A DNA stretch of 64,000 nucleotides, taken from Lujinxingiaceae bacterium (GTDB lineage Bacteria; Myxococcota_A; Bradymonadia; Bradymonadales; Bradymonadaceae). Below, one piece after another: positions 30,480 through 37,334 of this stretch (positions are counted from its first letter, which is position 1; each line of letters opens with the position of its first letter). The position numbers and the translations under genes are program-made. The DNA lies in assembly GCA_013697635.1 (NCBI GenBank), contig JACCWM010000084.1, positions 7,200 to 71,199 of the forward strand, given 5' to 3'. The notes below the pieces were generated by a model. That model ran no database searches and was not told where the DNA came from. It worked only from the letters and a program-made list of their open reading frames with translations.

Positions 30480-31127
30480 ATGGGCGCAATCGCTGAAGCC
30501 TTTCGTACGGGCGGTATATGGATGTACATCATCCTTGCCACCAGCATTTTTGCACTTGGTATCACCATCGAGCGCTTTTTCTTCTTGTTCTTTAAGTACA
30601 ACATCAACGCGCAAGCGTTCATGGCTCAGATCCAGAAATTGGTGATGGCGGACAATGTGGATCGAGCAATCAAGTTGTGCAACGCGGCTCCTTCGCGTGC
30701 ACTTCCCCAGGTCATCAAGGCCGGGTTGACGCGTGCGAACAAGGGCGAGGTGGAGATTCAAAATGCCATCGAAGAGGCGACCCTCGAGGTCGTGCCCAAG
30801 GTTCAAAAGCGCACCCCTGCCCTGCAGACCATCGCCAACGTGGCGACGTTGCTCGGCCTTCTGGGTACAATTATCGGTCTGATCGAGGCCTTCGAGGCTC
30901 TCGAGAAGGCCACCCCGGAGAATCGTCAGCGCATGCTCTCGCGTGGTATCGCTATGGCCATGAACACGACCGCTTTCGGTCTGGTTGTCGCCATCCCGAC
31001 GCTGGTTGCCCACCTTATTTTGTCGGGCATGACCAAGAAGATCCTCGACGAGATCGACATGTACAGTGTCAAGCTCGAGAACCTTCTGGTAACGCGCGGC
31101 AAGGGTGGCTCGGCTCCTCTGGAGTAA
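30480..31127 (+). CDS. MotA/TolQ/ExbB-family proton channel (AglR-like)
   Basis: GGIWMYIILATSIFALGITIERFFFL...LQTIANVATLLGLLGTIIGLIEAF...GIAMAMNTTAFGLVVAIPTLVAHLIL. Three TM segments with family motifs. GGAGG RBS present. Confidence 0.9.
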   Translation: MGAIAEAFRTGGIWMYIILATSIFALGITIERFFFLFFKYNINAQAFMAQIQKLVMADNVDRAIKLCNAAPSRALPQVIKAGLTRANKGEVEIQNAIEEATLEVVPKVQKRTPALQTIANVATLLGLLGTIIGLIEAFEALEKATPENRQRMLSRGIAMAMNTTAFGLVVAIPTLVAHLILSGMTKKILDEIDMYSVKLENLLVTRGKGGSAPLE

Positions 31128-31280
31128 GCTGCTCGTCGGATCGGATTGGCGCAACGCCTGGCTCAGCACAAGCAGATTCCCCCAGGATTGGGGGGAGCTG
31201 CCTGTGCGAGGCGCGCGAAGTGCATTGAAGCGTACGAACAAGCTGTGTTTGCGCTGAGGCTTGTAAGATAAGGAGGCTAA

Positions 31281-31943
31281 ATGGCGCGCCGCCCACGGGT
31301 CGTGGATCCAGAGTCAGATCTGAACCTCGCACCCATGATGAACCTGGTCATCATTCTCATCCCGATGCTGCTGCTCTCCGTTGTTTTCTTGGAGGTAGGT
31401 GTCATCAATATTACCGCGCCGACGTTGTCGGTGGGGGCGCCAAGCGAGCCCAAGGACGAGCCGGAGGAGCAACCGCTCAATCTCACGGTCGCCATCTCGG
31501 CCAACGGTTTTCAGATTGCGGCAACAGGTGTGGTCTTGCCTGCCCGTGCTGGATGCCCGACGCAGGGGCCGACGATTTGTCTCGACGATCAAAATGTCGA
31601 TGTGTCGGCAAAGTTTGAGGAAGCCCGTCGCATCATGTCCGCCGGCAGCGAAGGCGGTGGAGAGGACGTGCTCAAGCAAGGCTTGGCTGCTTACAGTTTT
31701 CGTGAGTTGTACAATCAACTCTCGCGCATCAAGAAAGAGTATCCCAAAGAGACGATTATCACCTTGTCGGCCGATGCCGATGTCCCCTACGCGGTTTTGG
31801 TACGTGTGATGGACGTGGCGCGTTTTCAACTCGAGAAGGATTCGTACGACACGGCGAGCGATTTTTGGAGCGCGACGGCCAAGACCGAGGGCAATGCCTA
31901 CTCGGAGCTCTTCAGTGATCCGGTGTTGTCCATTTTGCAGTGA
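31281..31943 (+). CDS. ExbD/TolR-family protein, paralogue 1 (TM Asp replaced by Asn; long C-terminal domain)
   Basis: SDLNLAPMMNLVIILIPMLLLSVVF aligns with TolR EINIVPLLDVLLVLLLIF. The Asn codon AAC is at 31341-31343. 220 aa. AAGGAGG RBS present. Confidence 0.8.
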   Translation: MARRPRVVDPESDLNLAPMMNLVIILIPMLLLSVVFLEVGVINITAPTLSVGAPSEPKDEPEEQPLNLTVAISANGFQIAATGVVLPARAGCPTQGPTICLDDQNVDVSAKFEEARRIMSAGSEGGGEDVLKQGLAAYSFRELYNQLSRIKKEYPKETIITLSADADVPYAVLVRVMDVARFQLEKDSYDTASDFWSATAKTEGNAYSELFSDPVLSILQ

Positions 31944-31977
31944 TTTGACCCAAGCCTCGTGCTCCTGGAGGGCTTAG

Positions 31978-32577
31978 ATGCAAGACAATGAAGAGAAAGT
32001 GGCCGGATTTGGTCATGATGAAGAAGAATGGATTCGGGCTCAACGCGCCCGGGAAGCCAAGCGCAACAAGAAAAAGCGCGGCGGTGAGACCGGCACACTG
32101 AGCATGAACTCACTGATGGACATTCTTGTCATCATGCTCGTCTTCCTGCTCAAGAGCTACGGCGACGAGCCGATTAAGGCGGTCGGCGAGGATCTCAAGG
32201 TTCCGAGCAGCGCCTCGCAGCTCAACCCGGAAGACACGACCGCGGTGACGATCTCGCGCAAGTCGATTTTGGTGAACGACAAACTGGCCGTCGACGTCAA
32301 GAATGGCGCGATCGATCAGAGCCAGAAGCGCGGCGGCGATCGCGGCATGATCATTCAGCCGCTGTTCGACGAGTTGACCGACGCGATCAACAAGAAGAAG
32401 CGCGAAACCACTTTGCTCGGTCAGACCTACGAGCCGGTGGCCACGATCATCGCCGATCAGACCACGCCCTATCGGTTGATCACGGAGGTGATGTACACCG
32501 CCGGGCAGGCCGAATTGCGCCAGTTCAAGTTTGCGGTGATCAAGGGTGACATGAAGTCATTCGGTCCTGCCGACTGA
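31978..32577 (+). CDS. ExbD/TolR-family protein, paralogue 2 (TM Asp conserved; Lys/Arg-rich N-terminal extension)
   Basis: TLSMNSLMDILVIMLVFLLKS with GAC (Asp48) at 32119-32121. 199 aa. Confidence 0.8.
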   Translation: MQDNEEKVAGFGHDEEEWIRAQRAREAKRNKKKRGGETGTLSMNSLMDILVIMLVFLLKSYGDEPIKAVGEDLKVPSSASQLNPEDTTAVTISRKSILVNDKLAVDVKNGAIDQSQKRGGDRGMIIQPLFDELTDAINKKKRETTLLGQTYEPVATIIADQTTPYRLITEVMYTAGQAELRQFKFAVIKGDMKSFGPAD

Positions 32578-32587
32578 TTTGCCCAAC

Positions 32588-32615
32588 GGCTTGGACGCGA
32601 TGGCTTGGACGCGAT
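32588..32615 (+). repeat. Perfect tandem duplication, 2 x 14 bp (ggcttggacgcgat)
   Basis: Read directly: 32588-32601 and 32602-32615, located 11 nt after the ExbD-2 stop. Confidence 0.9.
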
Positions 32616-32694
32616 TTCTCCATGCCAGGCCTTGTAGAGTGTGTAGCATGCTTAGCTTTGTCAGTACCTTGGAACTAATCCGTATAGATGTTGT

Positions 32695-32735
32695 CCATAG
32701 GCTCGGGTGCTAAGCACGCGAGCCTATGGTTTGTT
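32695..32735 (+). terminator. Strong stem-loop plus TTTGTT (candidate terminator or attenuator between motor genes and the TonB-like gene)
   Basis: ccataggctcg-g-gtg/ctaag/cac-g-cgagcctatgg: 11 bp, a G.G mismatch, then 3 bp. Followed by tttgtt. Confidence 0.5.
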
Positions 32736-32850
32736 CGCGTGGTTCCATTTACTAGGCGTCTATACATGAAGTTTTCGCTTTGGCGACCTGGGTTAACGTT
32801 GGGAACTGTTGGTTCTCACGTCCGGGCGTGAGGCTCCGAAGGATCTTTTT

Positions 32851-34233
32851 ATGTCCAGCCAGTCCGGCCAAAAAGTTCTGCGCATAGGGCTGATTCAGAA
32901 CGGAAAGATCATCGAAGAGCGCTTGATGCGCTCTATGAAACCCGTCACGATCGGCAGTGCGTTAGAGAAGAATGAGCTCGTTGTTCCGGCCTCGGATCTT
33001 CCGAAGTCGATGACGGTTTTTGACGTCAGCAACGGGCGCTACGTTCTACATTTCACCTCCAAGATGAGTGGGCGCGTTTCGCTTGGCGATGGTGTTGTCC
33101 CTCTCGAGGAACTGATCAGCAAGGGAAAGGCCAAGAAGACCGCTCAGGGCTTCTCGGTCGAGTTGCCACCCAATGGTCGGGGCAAGGTCGTCATCGGGGA
33201 GGTCACGCTGCTGTTTCAGTTTGTGACGGCTCCTGCGGCGCGTCCCAAGCCCGTGCTTCCCGCTTCGATGCGCGGTGGCTGGGGGCGTGGAATGGACCGG
33301 GCGCTGGGCTTGATCATCTTGCTCTCGGCGATCTTGCAGATCGGCTTCGTCGTTTATCTAGAGACCCAACATTTTCTCATTGAAGACATTGAGTACGTCT
33401 TTCCCACCCGCTTCGTCCAGATTTCCGTGGACAAGGATGAGGAAGAGCCGCCCAAGGTCGAGGTCGAAGTCACCGATGGCGACGGCCCCAGCGTCGAGAC
33501 CGAGGAGCCTGTGGCGACCAAGAGCGAGGATAAGGGCAAGGAGAGTCCCGAGGAGATGGCCGAAGATCGGGCGCGTGAGCGGACGATGAAGGCCGTTGAG
33601 GACAAGACTCTGCTGCGTGTGCTCGGTGCCAAGGGAGAAGGCGGCTCGGTGGTCGACACCCTGCTCAACGGCGTGGGCAACATCTCGGCCGAGGAGGCCT
33701 TTGCCAACTCGACGGGCGTGCAGCATGCCGAGGCCGGCGTCGAGCGCAGCGGAATCCGCGGCAAGGGCAGCCCCGATGGCGATGGTGTGGGAGCGCGCGC
33801 GGGCATCGATGAACTCGGCGCGATGAAGGGTGCCAAAAAGGCTCAGGGCGGCGTCGACACCGGCCAGATAGCCGAGCGTCAGGTCAAGGCGCGACCGATC
33901 AAGATCCAGGATCCCAACGACATGGCCGGCGGCACGCTGGACAACAAGACCGTCTCGACGGCGATTCGTCGTCGCCAGGCGGCGATTCAGGCCTGCTACG
34001 AGCGCGAGCTTCGCCGCAATCACCAGGCCGGCGGCCGCGTGGTGATCAACTTTACGATCAGCGCACGTGGCTCGCGCGGCGCCGTCACCCAGGCCAAGGC
34101 CGTTGTCGACGACGTCGGCGGTGGCGTGGGCCAGTGCGTGGCCAACGAGATCCAGAATTTGCGCGGCTTGCCAGCGCCAGATGGTGGCGATGTAATTATC
34201 AACATGCCGTTTGTCTTTCAGCCCGGCCAATAG
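32851..34233 (+). CDS. Bitopic inner-membrane protein with AgmX/PglI-type (TonB-C-like) C-terminal domain, GltG/GltJ-like
   Basis: Single TM ALGLIILLSAILQIGFVVYL, an acidic linker, and the C-terminus IQACYERELRRNHQAGGRVVINFTISARGSRGAVTQAKAVVDDVGGGVGQCVANEIQNLRGLPAPDGGDVIINMPFVFQP. ATG 32851 has an AAGGA RBS. Confidence 0.75.
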   Translation: MSSQSGQKVLRIGLIQNGKIIEERLMRSMKPVTIGSALEKNELVVPASDLPKSMTVFDVSNGRYVLHFTSKMSGRVSLGDGVVPLEELISKGKAKKTAQGFSVELPPNGRGKVVIGEVTLLFQFVTAPAARPKPVLPASMRGGWGRGMDRALGLIILLSAILQIGFVVYLETQHFLIEDIEYVFPTRFVQISVDKDEEEPPKVEVEVTDGDGPSVETEEPVATKSEDKGKESPEEMAEDRARERTMKAVEDKTLLRVLGAKGEGGSVVDTLLNGVGNISAEEAFANSTGVQHAEAGVERSGIRGKGSPDGDGVGARAGIDELGAMKGAKKAQGGVDTGQIAERQVKARPIKIQDPNDMAGGTLDNKTVSTAIRRRQAAIQACYERELRRNHQAGGRVVINFTISARGSRGAVTQAKAVVDDVGGGVGQCVANEIQNLRGLPAPDGGDVIINMPFVFQPGQ

Positions 34234-34427
34234 GTATGCTGAAATTGTGGCGCCGCCGGCTAAACTTGAATTGAGTTTGGCCGGTGCTACCTTCTTGAAG
34301 AGGCCGATGCATCGCCTCTTTGGGTAGACAGCTCGTCTTCTGCGCGACTTGCAAGGTGTTTGGACTGAGAAGCGCAGTAAATGTTGTAGGCGAGTTGAGT
34401 CATGATTCTTTCGGCAAAGGTTTTGTT

Positions 34428-35030
34428 ATGAAGATACGATGGGTTTCCTTCGTGGTCATCACCTTGGCGTTCGCGCTTGTCGGAGGGCTCGTCGTTGCGC
34501 AGCAGCGAGGCGGCCTCAATGAACAAGCGATTCGCGAGTTCAACGGGCGTAACGGCCGCGCATTGATCGACGAAGATATCGACAAGCTGACCGGCCCTCA
34601 GAAGTTGGATCGAAGCCAGAATAAGATCGCCACGATGAAGGTCGCGCTCGAGTCCACCGACCAGCTGCTTGGACGGGCGCGCACTCAGGAGCGTGATATC
34701 CTCAAGATCAACTGCATCAGCGAGAAGCTCGCGGCCGTCAAGGGCTTCGTCAAGGTCAGCGAGCAAAGCTATGTCAGTCTCTCCGATTCCGTGGGCAAGA
34801 GCGACAACGAGGCCTCCAAGCATCACTACACCCTGATCGCTATCGCCGGTCAAAAGGTCGGCGGTCTCAGTGAAGAGGCGCGTGTCTGTGCCGGCGAGGA
34901 GGTGCGTTATGCCGACGACACCATGCTCGATGTGACGATCGATCCGGACATCATGCCCAGCGACGAGTCCTTCTGGGGAGACGATCCACTCGTGCTCGAG
35001 TCACTTCCCAAATTCACCCCTTATTATTGA
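34428..35030 (+). CDS. Secreted, mostly helical periplasmic protein (200 aa), unknown family
   Basis: MKIRWVSFVVITLAFALVGGLVVAQQ signal peptide. Ends ...SLPKFTPYY. Confidence 0.55.
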   Translation: MKIRWVSFVVITLAFALVGGLVVAQQRGGLNEQAIREFNGRNGRALIDEDIDKLTGPQKLDRSQNKIATMKVALESTDQLLGRARTQERDILKINCISEKLAAVKGFVKVSEQSYVSLSDSVGKSDNEASKHHYTLIAIAGQKVGGLSEEARVCAGEEVRYADDTMLDVTIDPDIMPSDESFWGDDPLVLESLPKFTPYY

Positions 35031-35183
35031 AATTATTGAAAACTCTGATGCCCAACGCAGCCTTTGATTGCGGCGTTGGTTCAGTTCGACTGAGGAATTG
35101 CCTTAATCGCCTCCACCACTTCAATGGATGATTCGCGCCAGTAGCGAGTGTGGAAGGCTTTTCACATAGAATCGAGAATCTGT

Positions 35184-36491
35184 ATGGATGCAAAACTGAG
35201 AACGACGTGCCACATCGCCGCCTTCATTGCGCTGGTGATCGCGGTACCCGGCTCCGTGCGCGCCGAGCCCGGTGACGGTCTGCGCTCGGGCAATCTTCAG
35301 CTTAGCCCGGGCGTGATGCTGGGCACGGGCTTTGATACCAACCTCTTCTATGGCTCGGGTAGCGAGGAGATTCGTCAGGCTCCGATGGGCATCTTGGAGC
35401 CGCGTCTCAAGATTGCGACCATTGAGCCGACCAACTTCGATCTTGCGTTTAACGGCGCGGTGGGCTGGACGCAGTACTTCTCACTGCAGGAGGACGCCGT
35501 CACCAGGCAAAGCGGCCTCTCCTCGGCGTTGTCCGGCAGTGGTACGCTCAATCCGCGAGGCAACCTCAGCCTGCGCTTGAGCAACCACTTTTTGCGCACC
35601 AACGAGACCCCGAGCTCGTCGAGCGATGACAGCGTCAATCGCATTTGGAACCGCTCCGGTGTGGTGCTCGGGTTTCACCCGGGTGGGCGCGTTCTCGAAT
35701 CGCATCTGAGCTACAACTATACCGTTTATCGCCACAATCTCTATACCAACCTCGACCGCGGCAGCCACGGCCTGGGCTGGCGCAGTTCTTGGAAGTTTCT
35801 TCCCAAAACAGCGTTGGTCGCCGATGCAACCTATTCGATCGTGGGTTATCGCGGGGCGCAGGCGGATGATGCCGAGCGCATCGTCAAGGTTAACAGCACG
35901 CCGCTTCGTCTGTTGGGTGGAGTCAACGGCCTGTTGACCAACCGCCTCGGTGCCAAGCTGATGGCCGGATACGCCTGGGGCTTTTACGATGCCGGCGACT
36001 CCTTTCAAGGCGTGGTCGGCCTGGCCGAAGGCTATTACGGCTTTGGCAGCCATGGCATGAACAACCGCCTTCGCATCGGTTACGAGTACAATTTTCGAGA
36101 CTCGCCGATCAGCAACTATTACACCTTTCACCGTGTTTTTGGCGGCTATGAACAGGGCTTGATGAACAATCGTTTGCGTCTGGGGCTCGAGACCGAGACC
36201 CAGATTCGAGACTACCGCTACGCTGGTGGAGGGGTGCGCTTGCCCACCGCCAATGGCGGTGAGGTCGAGACGCCTAATTCGGTCAACGATCTGTCGGTGG
36301 GCGTGCGCGCCAGCGCCGGGTACCAACTCTCGGCCTGGTGGAATGCGGAGCTGAGCTATCGCTTCGGCACCAATTTCACCGATGACCAGATCCGCGTCTT
36401 CGAACAAAGTGGAGATATCGAACCCTCGCAAATTATTCTGCGTGAGTTCGTTCGCCACCACATTATGTTTCAGACGACCTTTACCTACTGA
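35184..36491 (+). CDS. Outer-membrane beta-barrel protein (GltH-like, or ExoB/EpsX-type partner of a short OPX protein)
   Basis: Signal peptide IAAFIALVIAVPGSVRAEP, alternating-hydrophobicity strands with Gly/Tyr/Asn-rich turns, and the C-terminal OMP signature ...IMFQTTFTY. Confidence 0.7.
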   Translation: MDAKLRTTCHIAAFIALVIAVPGSVRAEPGDGLRSGNLQLSPGVMLGTGFDTNLFYGSGSEEIRQAPMGILEPRLKIATIEPTNFDLAFNGAVGWTQYFSLQEDAVTRQSGLSSALSGSGTLNPRGNLSLRLSNHFLRTNETPSSSSDDSVNRIWNRSGVVLGFHPGGRVLESHLSYNYTVYRHNLYTNLDRGSHGLGWRSSWKFLPKTALVADATYSIVGYRGAQADDAERIVKVNSTPLRLLGGVNGLLTNRLGAKLMAGYAWGFYDAGDSFQGVVGLAEGYYGFGSHGMNNRLRIGYEYNFRDSPISNYYTFHRVFGGYEQGLMNNRLRLGLETETQIRDYRYAGGGVRLPTANGGEVETPNSVNDLSVGVRASAGYQLSAWWNAELSYRFGTNFTDDQIRVFEQSGDIEPSQIILREFVRHHIMFQTTFTY

Positions 36492-36683
36492 TCAGCGCCG
36501 GCCGCCCTTTTGGGTCCGAGTTGTGGCGCTGTGAAAAGCCCTAGAAATCAATAAGTTACGATGGTCCATGCGAGTGGTTGTGCGTGCTGGCCGCGTTCGT
36601 GCTATCGGTAATTGCGTGGCACGGCATGCCGCATGTGGCGGGATGCCGGTCGCTTTCAACAATTTGCCCCCGTGGGTGGCTTC

Positions 36684-37310
36684 ATGCATACATACAAGAT
36701 CTCGAGCCTGCGCTGGCTGCTGCCCATCGTCATCGCGCTGGGATGGGTTTCGGCCTGCACCCACGATCGTGTCGATCCGGCTTACGCTGCGCTCGTCGAA
36801 CAGCAAAATGATATGCCCGAGACCGGTGAACTGGGACCGGGTGACAAGTTTCAGATCCGCGTATTTGCCGAGGAAGATCTCACCGGTGAGTTCACGGTCT
36901 CGACCGATGGTACGGTCAACTACCCCTATGTTGGCCGCTTCCAGGTGACCGGTTTGACCTGCGCCGACGTCGAGGAGTTGGTCACCAACGGGCTAAAGGG
37001 CGGCTTTGTGCGAAGCCCCAGCGTGTCGTGCTCGATCACGGAGTACAATTCCAAGCGAATATTTATCTTTGGCGAGGTCAAAAAGCCTGGTTCCTTTGCA
37101 TACAAATCCAATATCAGTATCATCGAGGCGTTCGCGCTCGCGGGTGGGTTCGGTGAGCGTGCAAATACGAATAACACCAAGTTGACCCGCGTGGTTAACG
37201 ACGTCGAGATTCAGGTGCGTGTGCCGATGCAGGAGATCGTCGAAGGCCGACAGAGAAACATTCGGCTGCTGCCTGGCGATATCATCTACGTGCCGGAGTC
37301 GGCCTACTGA
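36684..37310 (+). CDS. Short OPX (Wza-like) polysaccharide export lipoprotein without the C-terminal OM-spanning helix
   Basis: Lipobox LPIVIALGWVSAC. Poly_export motif GPGDKFQIRVFAEEDLTGEFTVSTDGTVNYPYVGRFQVTGLT. SLBB RIFIFGEVKKPGSFAY...LLPGDIIYVPES. About 209 aa, whereas E. coli Wza as I recall is substantially longer. Confidence 0.85.
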   Translation: MHTYKISSLRWLLPIVIALGWVSACTHDRVDPAYAALVEQQNDMPETGELGPGDKFQIRVFAEEDLTGEFTVSTDGTVNYPYVGRFQVTGLTCADVEELVTNGLKGGFVRSPSVSCSITEYNSKRIFIFGEVKKPGSFAYKSNISIIEAFALAGGFGERANTNNTKLTRVVNDVEIQVRVPMQEIVEGRQRNIRLLPGDIIYVPESAY

Positions 37311-37334
37311 TCGCTTAATGACGAGGGATGTTGC

